Shown here one piece after another: positions 39,601-52,723 of a stretch of 64,000 nt of DNA (its first letter is position 1; each line of letters begins with the position of its first letter). Below the pieces are notes generated by a model. It was not told the origin of the DNA. It saw only the letters and a program-made list of their open reading frames with translations, and ran no database searches. The position numbers and the translations under genes are program-made. The DNA comes from Vitrella brassicaformis CCMP3155 (Eukaryota > Protista > Chromerida), in the NCBI GenBank assembly GCA_001179505.1, contig CDMY01000432.1, forward strand, positions 13,794-77,793. Reading direction: 5' to 3'.

Positions 39601-42600
39601 TCAACTGACTTGAACGAGATTGTCAGCCATCGCCTGGCACGATTTGTCGCCCTGCAACTTCCCCCTGAGTGCTGACCTGATGCCTGAGTGCATCATGGCC
39701 TTCAGGTGACCCTGCTGTGACGCTGAGAGGGCGGCAAAGCTGCCAGACGGACACACCAAAGTGCGGAAAAGTCGACACATCTCATTCAGGGCCTGACAAA
39801 CAACGGCAGCAGCCAGAGAGAGACCATGGGCACTGCACTGCACTGCACTGCACTGCCCGCACCCGTAAGTCAGTTGGGTCTTGTGTATCCAGCATGAAGA
39901 GGCCCTCAGCGAAGCCATGAACCACTCTGGAAAGACTCTCCTGCAGAACCGACAAAACCTGACACATACAGAGAGGGAGGGAGAGCACACACGAATGGCC
40001 ACCAGCACACACATATATTGAGTCCTGTCCACCCCACCCACCTGGTGGGTCTCCTGCGGCGATGTCTGCAGGAGGCACTCGACCAGCAGGCACCACATTT
40101 GCAGCAGGTACACCAGGCCCATCCCGGACCGCACATTCACTGCGCCCTCCACACTCAGATGGACGAACCTGTCGCGGAAGGGCTGCTGGGTGGCGTCTGT
40201 GTCGGCATTGTCCTTGGCGAGCAGCTTGAGCAGTGTGTGTGGGGACCTCTGGGCGATGAGGTAGAAGGTGTGGAACATCTGGCTCTGCACCTCGCTCTTC
40301 TCTCGACGCATCTCGGCCGACCCGTCAGGCAGCTGCTGCCACACACGATAATGCACGTCGAAAAACCTGCACCATGACATGAATGACACCAACAGCAGCA
40401 GCAACACACAGACACCTCTCTCTCTCTCTCTCTTTCTCTTCCTCTCTCACACACACACACAGAAAGCCGCGTATGTATGCCCGCCCCGCTCACCCCGGCG
40501 TGACGCACTCGAGGAATCCCTCAGCCGGCACCTGGGGATCGCCGACCAGCGTGGCGGCAATGTGGCCGACGAAGATGGCCAGGTCGTTGATTTCCTCCAG
40601 GCCGAGATTGTGCTGGGCGTAGAAGAGTGTGAGCATCGACGCCAGCGAGGACATCAGGAGCCCCCCACTCATGAGGGTCACCATCCGCCGGCAAAAGAAG
40701 AGCGAGTACCGGCGGACACGGGGGAAGCCGCCGAAGAGCTTCATGGCGGTGGTGACGCCATCGAGGGCCGACCGCCACACCTCGTTTAGCACCGGCACTG
40801 GTTTGCTGAAGCCTTTGGAAATGCAACCCATCGCCTGTTGTGCAGACACCACGCCCAACCACCCACATACACACCCACCCATCCATCCATCCATCTGGGT
40901 TGATAAGATGCCTCCCTCCACTTGCCTGTATGGCCCGTGCGATCCACTCCGCGTGTCCCTCCCTATCTGCCAGCGCCTCGGCAGCCAGCTGGGGATCCTT
41001 CATGGGGCCCAGCAAGGGGGCAATCGCACTCTGAAGATACGACTGCTTGGCCGCATCCACATCACCAGCAGTGAGGCTGCGCGTGAGGCCGCCGATGAGC
41101 AGCCCGAGCGTCTCGAAGAGGTGGGTGCGGTCGTCAGGGTGCAGCAGACCCCACGCCGCCCGTTGGCCCTCCTCTGATGCGGTGAACGGCACATAGGGGA
41201 GAGTCAGGAACGGCCGGATGCCCTCATAGATCTGCTGCGTGTAAGCCACCGCCCCATTGAGGTGCGCCTTGACGTACTTCTGCAGCACCGACGCAGCCAG
41301 GGGGGGCGTCCTCTGGTCGGCATTGCGGATCCCCCTCTCGTCGAGCAGCAGCTGCAGGCCGACCAGAAAGAATGACCCTTCTTCTGCTCTGCCCCGTTTG
41401 GGCGGGAGGAAGAATGCCGAGTATCTGACGAGCATCTCCAGGACGTGTGTGCGGACGGCGTGGTGTGGGAAGGCCAGCAGAGGAGGGCAGCTGTAGATGC
41501 GGGTGAGGCTGACACGCAGCGGGTGGGGGGAGGGGTGTGGTGGGGGGGCGTTCTCTGGAGGGACCTTGAGGGCCTGAGGGATGCCTGAATGGCACCACAC
41601 GCCACCACATCCACCTGAGGTCATCGCATCGCATGTGGCCGGCCATGTATACTGACCTCTGTTCTTCTCTCCCGCCACGAAGAGCAAGTATAGGATGGCC
41701 TCCACGCGATTCCATGGCAGAGGGGGAGGTGAGGATGTCCCTGCTGCTGCCGTGTGAGCACTCAAGGCCGCACAAAGCTCGTCGACGGCCGCTCGCAGGA
41801 ACTCCCACACCAACATCTCGTCTAACTGCACAGACACACAACACGCAGGCAATGCATTAATGGTACACAGAGTGCAGTGCCACGTATGTATCGATGCATG
41901 GCTGTTGTTGTGTTGTGTGTGGTACCTACCGTAGCAATGCGCTGGAAGAGCTTGGTCACCTCCTGTGCGGTGCGACAAGAGGCCGACATGCGATGGATGG
42001 ATGGATGGATAGATGGATATGTGTGTGTACGAGCCCACTGTGTGCCCGCCCAGTGCACTTTACTGACCGACCTTTCTGAATCTTAGGAACTCGAGGTGAC
42101 GGTCGTCGTCATCAGCTGCAATGCAAAAGTCATACCATGGTGGATACGACACCTGACACACACACACTCAGACACACACAGAGAGGGAGACACATTCCTC
42201 ACGCTAATGGCCCCGCCGTCTCCCCGCCACATTCACCGCCTACACCCACCTTGTGTGCGATGCCCCTCAGTAGTCCCAGGAAGAGCGGGTGCAGCTGCTC
42301 CACACTGACGGCATGATTGGTCTGCTGCTGTAGTGTAGGTGCCCCTTGCTGCTGCTGCTGCGCCATGGCCATGAGGGCCTTGACCTTGCCGACGAAGTCG
42401 GACAGGAAGGCCTCCACAGACTCGCTCACACGGGACGACTCGTGGCCGAATACAAAGCTGAACGAAGAAACCATGCATGGCTTGGTTGCTAAACCCTCCC
42501 GTCACAACACCTACCTACCTCGCCGTGTTGACCATCCTCTCAAGCAGCTGCCAACACTGAAGAAGGAATGAATGAACGGACCACACACAACGACATCAGA

Positions 42601-43950
42601 GCAGAGCTGTGTGACATGGGCCCTTCTCCCCCTTTCCCTCCCCCTCCCCAGTCGGTGATACCTCGGTCACCCCCTGGAATCCCGCATTGATATTGTTGTC
42701 TTTGTGCATGGCCGCCAGACAGTCGAGCACCTCCTCCCCCACAGCGTTGCAAAGCTCACCCAGACCCCCGAGCAACTCCAAGTGCTGCTGTGGATGGTGG
42801 CCCTGCCGCTGCCACAGGCGGTGAATGGCGCCCTCCATGGTGGGGGTCAGCTGCAGCGACCCGTCGGTCAGCAGGGACAGCTTGCTCGCGGCAGGCATCT
42901 TCTTCTTGACCACCTGATTGATGCGTGGCATGTCCGTACGGTGCAGAAGTCCACCCATCCATCCACCCAATGCTCTGTCTGTCTGTCTGGATCTGATCTG
43001 TGTGCCCACCCGCCCCCTCACCGCGCTGATGGCGTCACACGCCTCTGCGGCCGTCTCGCCATCCCATACACCACACTGAGACTCACCCTTTTCCCCCGCT
43101 CCCTCAGCACTCTGCCGCACTCTCGCCAGAAGCAGGGCCAGCAGTGGCATGGAGGGGTTGACGATGGCGCTCAGGTCGATCCATGGGAAGTAGAGCCCCA
43201 GCACCTTGAGGCAGGTGAGGTGCAGCGGCGCCAGTGGGGGGGAGGGGGGCTGCCGGAGCAGCTCGTAGCACCACGAGACGATCTTGGCTATGTCGTTGGC
43301 TCGCATGGCGGCCTTGACGTGGCTGCTGCGCTGCCTCTCCTCCTGAGTGGGGTGCAGCTCGTCGCTGACGATCTCCTCATCCACCACCACCAGCAGCTTG
43401 GCGCAGATCTCGCCGCCCCGCAGCCCCCTTGCCCCCAGCTGGAGCATGTCGTCTACGGCGGATCCCCACCTCTCAGGGTACTCGACACGCATCAGCTTGA
43501 CGTACAAGACACAGGCCTGGTTGACCATGGTAGACTCGTCCATTCTGCCGTCGCCGCCACACTGTGTCTGCAGGTACTGCAGCAGCAGGGGAATGATGCC
43601 GTGGCGGCTGCCGGTGTACAGCCGTGGGAGCACTTCCATAAGGGCCTTGACGGCCCAGAACCGCAGAGCGATCGGCCCAGTTGGCGAGAGGAACCACTCC
43701 ATGCACGGCCGCCAGGTGGACTCGGGAGGAGATCTCTTGAAGGCTGATGGATGCAATGAATCCATCACATACACAGATCGATCAGCGACTGACTTGTGAG
43801 GGAAGGTCGTGAGTAGTGTGCTGTGCTGTACTGTGATGCGTACCGTACCCTACCGTCAAGAGTGGCGATTGCCTTTGCAGCGGCATCGCTGCTGTGAAAT
43901 GAAGAAAGGACGGAGATTGCCGCTTCAACTTCAGACAGATTTCCATTCAT
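39601..43950 (-). CDS. XPOT: Exportin-T (tRNA exportin, Los1/Xpo-t family)
   Basis: Importin-beta/Xpo1-type helical sequence: LRFWAVKAL, YPERWGSAV, VVDEEIVS, HVKAAMRAND, LGLYFPWIDLSAIVN, HHAVRTHVLEMLVRYSAFF, GIRNAD...ASVLQKYVK. Confidence 0.8.
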
Positions 43951-44010
43951 TTCGCTGTCCTGAGGACAAGATCTTGGAGGGAAAAGAGAGGACGCTCCCT
44001 CTGCTTGCTT

Positions 44011-44044
44011 AGCTCGCAGACGCTGAGCAAACGCTGAGCTCGCA
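44011..44044 (+). promoter_or_regulatory. Two AGCTCGCA motifs in the XPOT/rps1 bidirectional promoter (candidate)
   Basis: AGCTCGCA at 44011 and 44037. The same 8-mer occurs at 17423, 26277 and 58509 between other divergent gene pairs. Confidence 0.45.
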
Positions 44045-44131
44045 TTTGTCAGCACGACAGATCTGCGCTGAAACAGACGCGCCAGGGCCGCCTGCAGTGC
44101 CGATGAGGTGGTCATAGTGTTAATCTGAGCG

Positions 44132-46546
44132 ATGTGGCCACCAGCAGCGATGCCGGCCATCTCCCTGCCCCTCTTCCCCCTCCTGTCTTGCGTGGCCACG
44201 ATGGTGTCGTCCTTCCAGCTCCCGGCCTTCCCCAACGCACCCACACCCACTCGGCTGCAGCGGCTGACGAGGCGGCCACCCACACCCACGCACACACTCA
44301 CACCCACTCATGTGTCGACCTTGGGAGCATCAGCAGTGGCCTCTCCTCCGCCTGTGGACATCGACACAGCCGAGGAGGAGGCCATCAGCGAGATAGAGGT
44401 CGATGAGTTGGAGAAGCTGTGGAAGGACCTCCAGCGCCTCTCCAGGCCGCAGAAGGGCGACAGGCCGCGAAGGCAGAGGACCAAGGCGCTCAGCAGGGAG
44501 ATCTTGAAGGACTTTGGCAGGGCGGGGCCTAAGGCACTGCATTTGAGGCGCCAGGCTGAGGACGAGATCACCGAGACGACCAGCGAGAGTGAGATGGAGC
44601 TCATAGTGGCCAAGCTGAGGGATGCCCTGCCGACCGAAGACAAATGGCTGGCCGACGAGCCACTCATGCCGACCAAGGTCAGTGAGTGACCCACACCACA
44701 CCCCCAACACACTTACACACACACATGGATGTTTCATTCATTCATTGATTGATTTGGTCAGTACCGTGAGATGTTGGAGTCGATGGAGCAGCACGACAGT
44801 GTGCTGTCGGTGGTGCGTGAGGCGGAGGGCAAGATCCAGGCCACCATCGACCAGTCGGGCAAGACCCTCCACGACATGCCGTTCGAGGTCGTCCGGGACA
44901 TCTGCCAAGTCAAAATGGCACGAATCATGCTCGTACGCAACCAAACCAAACCCTTCCCACACCACACACCAGTTCTAACACACTCACACACACCTACAGG
45001 ACATGACATGAGTGCACATTAATCACATCACATTGGTCTGTCTGTCTGTCTGTAGGAGGAGGATTACGTCGACTTTATGGACGGCCTCCGCACTCAGCAG
45101 CCGGACGAGTGGCGACAGCTCTGCACCGCCAACAAGGCGCTTCTCGCAGAAGGCCACAACCAGAAACTCAGAGAGGTATGCCGAGCCGGGCCGCCCCTCT
45201 ACACACCACCCGCACAAAACAGCACAGCAAAGCACACACCCCTCCTTTTCTGTGCGCCGCGCCGCGCCGTGCCTGCAGATGAAGCAGTACTTCGGGGCGT
45301 TGACGCGGGACCCCAATGTGCCGGCAGAGCAGCGCCAGGACGCGGCCAACAAGCTGGCGGGGCTGCAGAAGTACTACACCGAGCTGGACGAGAACACCTT
45401 TGACCTCGAGGCACACATACGGGGCGACTGGCTCGTCGAGATGAGGGACAGGCTCGCCGTCGAGAGGGAACTGTAAGCAAAGCAGAGCAGCCGACCCGAC
45501 AGACAGGCCAAGACAACAATCCACTTGTTGGGTGTGTGTGGTTGGTTATTTGGTAGGTATGAAGATCCGAAGAGGGCTCAGTTGGACTACAGCTGGATGA
45601 AGGTGGAGCCCAAGCCGCAAGAGGGCATACACGAGTTCATCGCTGCCATCAACACCACACAAGCCATGCTGGACGCCACCACCAAAATCGTCAAAAGGTC
45701 AAACAAACACCACACCCCAATTCAATCCACCACACACCCCATCTCTCTCTCTCCCATATCTCTATCTGTCTGTGTGTGTGTGTGTGCAGCAAGGAGCTAG
45801 ACTGGGAGGACCACCCAGACCAGCGCACTGACTTCCTCGCCGCAGCGAAGGACCCCTTCATCCGCCAGGACCTGCTGTTCGACTACCCGGTGCCGGAGGA
45901 CATGGGCGACTACAGGAGCACCGACTACATCCTCAACAAGCTCAGGACACTCGGCGGCCGCAAGCGCGTCGAGGAGATGGACGAGGCCGAGAGGGAGGAG
46001 CTCATCACCACTGAGATGAGGGAGGCTGGTACGTGACGCACTCACAGGCACATCGATTGTCACAAACAGCACAGCTAGGGTCCTCCCACCCCACCTCTCT
46101 GTGTGTGTGCTGTGCTGTGACAGGGATGAATGTGGACATCCTGAGTGAGAACCGCACCATCGCCAAAACAGAGGAGGAAATCGACGCTAACCTCAAGGTG
46201 ACTGACGATAGATAGATGGCCACTTTAAACCGACCACAAACCAACGAACCAACAACACACACACAGCCATGCCCCTCTCTCTGTGTGTGTGACGTGCAGG
46301 CGATGTTGGCTGAGGAGGAGGCGATAAGGATGCTGCGCAACATGGGTCACCAGGTGGTGCAGGGCGCCGACGGCAACGTGGAGGTCGTCCCCCGGCCCGA
46401 CAAGCGCCCCTCCAACGAGTACCTGTCGGAAGACTACAAAGACGACCCCGATGTGCAGAGGGCGCGCGGAGAGCTCCTCATCGACTGGTAGATGGGCTGG
46501 GTGGGTCGGGTGAAGACACAAACAGGCACACACCAAAAGGACCGCT

Positions 46547-46584
<38 letters not shown>

Positions 46585-47913
46585 TGTAGGTTTGATGGTG
46601 TGACCCCGTCCACGTCTAAGCCAGGCGAGCCGATGGACCCCGCCGAGGTGCTCACCCCCGGCTACTTCGCCGGCTTCGGCATGCCGTCGCTGGCAGACAT
46701 GGACACGGGCGAGAGCGGCGACATGTTCAGGAAGGAGCTCAACGTGCCGAGAGTGGACAGGCGGCTGAGGTCCAGCAAGTCGGCGGAGGGTTTGAAGCCT
46801 GACGAGGTGAACGCGGGCTTCACCTACGACGAGTTTGACGAGGCCTACATGAAGGAGTTCGATCGGTATGTGGGCTTCTCCAAGAGACCCCTCAGGCCGG
46901 GCATGTTCGTGCAGGTACCTACCTTACCTGCAAACAGAGAAACAAACAGCCCATCTATCCATCCATCCATCCACCCATTGCATCTCGCTGTCTTTGTGCT
47001 GCATCGATGCAGGGCGAGATTGTCAAGGTGACTGACCGCCAGGCCTTCGTCGACGTGGGCATGCAGCAGCTCGCCACGCTGCCACGAAGCGATGTCGTCA
47101 TGGACCCTACCGACAAGTCAGTATATATATAATACCCAACCGTCAGACGGACATCACACACCAGCCAGGACAGGATGGACCATCCTATCCTATCCTCTGT
47201 GCTCATGGCATGCCTGTGTGGTGTGTGGTGGGTGTGCTTCAGGACTCGTTTGAAGCAGATCCTCAAACCTGGCCAGAAAATCGAAGCCGAGATCAAAATG
47301 TAATCCTCAACCACACACTCACATCCAGTCTCTCTCTGTCAATCGACGCGATGCGTCGTATCTCTTTTCTGCCCTTTTGTGTTTGTTTTGTTGTCAGCAT
47401 CGACGACAAGTCGCTAGTGCTGACGATGGCGAACCTGCAGTACTTCAACGCCTGGGAGAAGCTGGTGGAGATCCAGGCCAACGACCTCACCATCGACGCC
47501 ATGGTCCTCGCCGTCCCAAACACCGCCGGCGTGCAGGTCTCAGTCCTCGGAGTGCAGGCATGGCTCCCCAGCAGCCAAATGTGCCCACCTGGTAAGTAAC
47601 CCTACCACCGCACAATCGGGCAGAAAAAGAACAGCGGTAGTGTGTGGTGGTGTATAGGTGTGGAGCCGACGGAGGAAATGATTGGCAAGCAGCTACGCGT
47701 CAAGGTGCTAGATCTGGACATCGCCAACGACCGGCTGGTGGTCTCGCAGAAGCGAGCTGAGGTGGAGGAGCAGCTCAAGAACCTCTCGCGAGGCGACCTC
47801 ATCGAGGGCGTCGTCGAGTCCATACAGCCCTTCGGCGCTTTCATTGCCGTAAGTAACCCTCCCTCCCCGCCCGTGGCCCATCCACTCACTCCACCCCTTC
47901 TTCATTCCATTCA

Positions 47914-47946
<33 letters not shown>

Positions 47947-48893
47947 CGATCCATCAGTTCGGGTGCACCAATGCGTTGCTGCACGTGTCGCAGATATCGT
48001 ATCAGCGTGTCGACGAGGTGCCTTTGCCGATCGGCACCAAGGTCAAGGCCATGGTCATCGACTACGACAAGGTCACCGGCAGGGTGTCGCTGTCGACCAA
48101 GGTGCTGGAGAAGGAGCCCGGCCAGATGCTGAGGAACTACACCGAGGTGTTTGAGGAGGCCGAGGAGACCGCCCGGCTGTACCATGACAGGATGGTGGCC
48201 GAGCAGAAGGCACGCGAGGAGGCAGCGAGGGAGCTCATTGCGTCGCTCGGCCTCAACGAGTCCATTCTGGTACGTATGCGACGCATGTGGCTCCACTCCG
48301 GTCCATCCATCCATTCACCCAATGCATTGTGTGTGTCCGTTGTGTTGTGTGTCTTGTCTGTCCTACCTGTAAAACAGAATGTTGACTTCAACGAGGGTGC
48401 CCCGTCATTTGGCGAGCAGCCGGCCGCCCCACCCCCACCACCAACACAGGAGGGCCAGTCCACCGAAGGAGCCGCACCAACACGAGCCACAATCGAAGGT
48501 GAGTCAGCAGCCACCCGCCCATCTATCAACCAACGCCTTCTTGATGGATGAATGGATCGATGTGTGTGTGTGTGTGTGTGTGTGTAGATTACTCGCCCGA
48601 GAGCGGTAGGTGGTGTGCGCAGCGAGGCAGCGATTGGGTGGAGATGGACGAGGAGCAGGACGCCATGATCAAGGACCTATACGACAAGGGCGAGAGCAGA
48701 TTCAGAGAGGACGAGTGAGTGAGAGCCAACGACCTGACCTCATCACCATACATACTCACAGACACAACAACACTTGCCCACCTCTCTCTCTGTGTGTGAC
48801 AGTGACGAGTGGGAGGTCGATTGGGGTAAGCTTGTGTGCACCCGCCTGAGCGACGGGGGCAGCTTCCGCATCAAGCCGCCCACATCCTCGTAG
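44132..48893 (+). CDS. rps1: Plastid-targeted ribosomal protein S1-like protein with long N-terminal extension and WWE-like C-terminus
   Basis: Signal peptide ...LLSCVATMVSSFQLP. Three S1 repeats (GEIVKVTDRQAFVDVG; GVQAWLPSSQM...LRVKVLDLD; GDLIEGVVESIQPFGAFI...ALLHVSQIS) and the cyanobacterial/plastid S1 tail RVSLSTKVLEKEPGQML. Ends TAG at 48891-48893. Confidence 0.85.
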
Positions 48894-49367
48894 CGACGCG
48901 ACGCCATGGTGCGGCGTGGTGTGCATGGCATGGCATGGCGTGTTTGGATCAGTGAGCAAGTGCTAATGGGAGCACTCATCTGATCTGGCCTGCGAAATGA
49001 AGCGAAGCGACCGGAGAGAGCGAGAGAGAGAGAGATACACAGCGAGGCATTGGTCTGTGTGTGTGGCCAGTGCCCATGTGTAAGTGCCGCGTGAGTGTGT
49101 CGTCAAGTCCAGTCCACCGGTGGGTACCGTCCATCTATCTTTCCGAAGGATAAAGATGTGGATGGGCGTTGCCGGCTGGCTGTGGCTGGGTGGCATTCTC
49201 GCATTCCATGCAATCAAATCAGTCGGTGTCATTTTTTCTTTTGATTGGCATGACCGACCGATAGCTACCTAGATGGATGGATGGATGGATGGATGCTCGA
49301 CGAGTGAGTGCTGCCACATAGACACAGTCCCGAGGGCTGTACTGCTGAAAGCAGCTTTGCGCCTTTA

Positions 49368-49420
49368 ATGATAGCGACAGTTAAGCAAGTGAGGTGCCAG
49401 CAAGTTTGCAGAGAGGCCGT
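49368..49420 (+). repeat. About 50-bp diverged direct repeat, copy 1 (copy 2 at 51789-51838)
   Basis: atagcgacagttaagcaagtgaggtgccagcaagtttgcagagaggccgt versus atatcgacggttaagcaagcggggtgctagcagttctgcagagaggccgt. Confidence 0.8.
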
Positions 49421-49635
49421 TAAGTCTGAGCGTCAGCAAATCAGGTGAAATCAGCTTTGCGACGCTCAGAGAGAGGATGCATGCAGAGCACTCCAAAACT
49501 GAGATGGCCCACGACCACTTTTGCGACAATCTGCAGCTCGCGCCCCCACTTGACGACAGTGATATTTTGCTCTGATATTGCTCTGCAAGGTCCCCTGCTG
49601 CACCTCTCGTGTCGTTTCTGCCACACACGTACAGC

Positions 49636-51044
49636 ATGCCCGTTCCCCCACCCCTCCCCCCTCCTGGCGCCAACGCGCCGTCCGTCGTGTCGCTAGCGGG
49701 CGCCCCGCAGGCCCTCTATCCTCACCCTCACTATGGATATCCGCCCCCCCATACGAAAATGGCCGGTAGGCGAGCGAGAAAGGTCCGAGGGGGCCAGGAG
49801 TTCCATGCATGGGAATTACGTATGCATTTCGTTGGGTGCATTTCGTTTTTTGTGGATGGATGCAGTTGACACAGGCCACCTGTCAGTGCAGAAGGCGTCT
49901 GCAGACTCGGAGGAAGAGAGAGAGGCCGCCGAGGAGCTGAGGGCATCGAAGCGCGGGGCCAAAAAGAACCGCTCGAAGAAGAAGAGCGGTAACAAGAGTG
50001 GCCTCCAGCCATTGCATTGGATGCATCCATCGGTCATGTTTGTCATGTGTGTGCAGATGGAACAGAGGAGTGGAGGCCGGGCTGTGAGACCAAGGACAAA
50101 AACAAAAGCGGCCGCGGCCAAAAGCGAAAACACTCAACTGACGATAATGGTCAGTCAGTCAGCAAAGAGACACGCTCGTATGAACCGAAGAGCCGCACCT
50201 CAGACCCGTGGCGGATTATTGGTGTGCTCTCCTCGTGTGTGTGGATTCGTGCAGAGTTAGATACCATGCTGGACGATGGCCGAGCCGTGCAGCTCTTCAG
50301 ACGGTCGAGTCGCAGACTCAAAGGCCAAGAGCCCTCCACCACATCGCAGGCCGACAGCCGCCCCCCGCCGCCCTCCCACAAACAGCCCCCGGCCCCCAAA
50401 AAGCCCAAAGCCAAGGCCAAACCCAAGAAAAAGCCGGCAAAGGAGGAGGAAGAGGCGGCGCCGAAGCAGCGGGAGGACGCGGGGATGATGAACTTCAACC
50501 CCACCCGCTTCTTCTTCTACAACTCGCGGAGGGAGAGGGCGGACGATACGGCACACCACGGTGAGTGAATGGATTGCCGGGTGAGATACGCAGTGATCTG
50601 TGGGAGATGGCCAACGAGGAAGTTCTTGACATGTGTGTGTGTGTGTGTGTTGATGTGTCAGCTTACTGGAGAGCTCGTTTCGGTGTTGACTCGGACTCAG
50701 ACTCAGAGCCCGACGAGCTGGAGCATCAGCACAAGGAGGAGGCCCCTGGGTGCTCGTCTGAGTGGGGCAACGAGGTGGAGAGGCCGAGCAACACGGCCTG
50801 GACGGCGGCAGAGGTGTGCCGCGGTGCAGAGGATGGGATGATCGACTTCAGCGACAGCAGCCTGATACTGTCGACGATGGGCGGTATGGGCTTTGGTATG
50901 GGGTGCGGCCTGCCGGGGGATGAGGATGGAGATAATGACCTGTCCCCCACGTGGTGGGAGCAGGGGATCGGCATACCGATGCCCGAGGAGCTGCCGGGAG
51001 ACAGCGAGGCCATCTGGCCCGACCCCTTGTTTATGGACGAGTGA
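49636..51044 (+). CDS. Hypothetical Lys/Glu-rich protein, spliced; start uncertain
   Basis: Exons between GT-AG introns: KASADSEEERE...[35 protein letters not shown]...PLFMDE-TGA. Confidence 0.5.
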
Positions 51045-51220
51045 CAAGACACACACAGAGACACACATAGATAGATAGAGACACACGAACGGAACATCCC
51101 ATTGGTGCCACCAAGTGCCAAACACGGAGCTCTAGCCAGTAGATAGATAGCAGCGGACGGAGAGAGAGAGAGACGGACCAAGGGGACAGAGGGTCGTGTG
51201 TGGCGTGATTTCTGGCTGCA

Positions 51221-51745
51221 CGCGTGTTTGTTTGTGATTGACTGCTGCTGGGTGACACTCTGCATCCGTCGGTGGATGCGATTGGCGTTTTTTGAAGTGG
51301 ACATATTTTTGGTACCCAAACCGATGAATGGATTTCTTGACAGCAGCCGACGCACAACGAATGAACCTGCCGCTGTCATGGATCTCTTTCTCTCCCTCGG
51401 CTCGTCCGAGCCCCTCTCTCCCAGTAGCCGGCCTCCTCACACACGCAATCATGGTCCCAGCCAGCCGCCGCCTCCGCACGGCCGACATGAGCTGCTGGAG
51501 ACAGAGCGAGGCGAAGGTCGCCGAGCCAACAGCAAAGCGAGGCGAAGGGCGGGAGACATGTCCGTGTGGGTGTGTGAGGCATTATCCATCCATGCCTCTC
51601 CTCTCCTCGGTGTGTGTATTGTCTGTCTGTTTGCCTGTTGGAGGGGAGCGGAGTGGACTGACCTGACCTATATGATATCGATCGATGTGCGGCCCAGGCC
51701 TGATGGATGGATGGCATGTTGATGCATTGCATTAGTGGGCCGAGG
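51221..51745 (+). repeat. About 520-bp repeat, left copy of an inverted pair
   Basis: The reverse complement of 63468-64000 matches it; the six-frame ORFs at 51198(+) and 63567(-) share a long identical peptide FVIDCCWVTLCIRR...SLGSSEP. Confidence 0.93.
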
Positions 51746-52695
51746 GGGCATGTATCTATGGATGTAGGCTGATATACCGCTTTTGTTCATATCGACGGTT
51801 AAGCAAGCGGGGTGCTAGCAGTTCTGCAGAGAGGCCGTCCGAATGCAGCCAAGCCAGCCAACCAACAACCACCCAACCACACCAACCACCCGCCCTCGTT
51901 ATCCCCACACACCGCGCAAGGCAGCGCAGCGCAGCGCAGCACAGCACAGCACAGGACAGCGGACACGGCACCCAGCCAGTCAGTCGACCCGACCCACACA
52001 CAAGCCACACAACAGCCACACATCCATAGGTGTCAGTCACCAGCTGGGCAGGCAGGCCGGCCGGTCCAGAGTGGACACAGACGCACATTCGACCGCTTGA
52101 CGAATTGCAGGCCGGCGGTGCGGCAGCATACCTGCCTCCCGCCCTCCCTCCCTCCCTGTCCCTCTCTCTGGTCACCTACCTCACGCCCACCCACTACGGC
52201 AAGAGAGACCACCCTCCCTCGGCCTCATAAAACGGCCCAGAGGTGTGGTGCCCTCAACAAACAGACAGACACTGCCCCTCCCCGCCACTTCCTCTCACCA
52301 AAGGCCCTTTAAGCGTTCACAAAATGGATGGATGGATGGATGGCACTCGCTCACAGATAGACAGAAATAGATAGGCAGGCAGGCAGGCAGGCAGACAGAG
52401 AGAGGAAGGAACGATCGAGCGCATTGCCCAACATACATACATCAGACATGTGACTGACAAGAGAGACTCGATGAGACAACAAAAGGGAGAATAGAGAGAG
52501 GCTGGGTGGCATCAGCTGACGCATGAGGACGGGCTGATGCTGTGCTTCATTCAGTCATTCAGTCATTCATGAAAACACAACACAACACAACACAACACGG
52601 CCCGGCCCACAACACACGGAGACAACGACAACAACCAGAGAGGGCCAGCGCTCCCCAGCCAGCCGTCTGGCTATGGTACGTAGGATGTCTGTCTA

Positions 52696-52723
52696 CGGCC
52701 GGCCGGCCGGCCGGCCGGCCGGC
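52696..52723. repeat. Self-complementary (CCGG)n microsatellite
   Basis: cggccggccggccggccggccggccggc. Confidence 0.9.
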
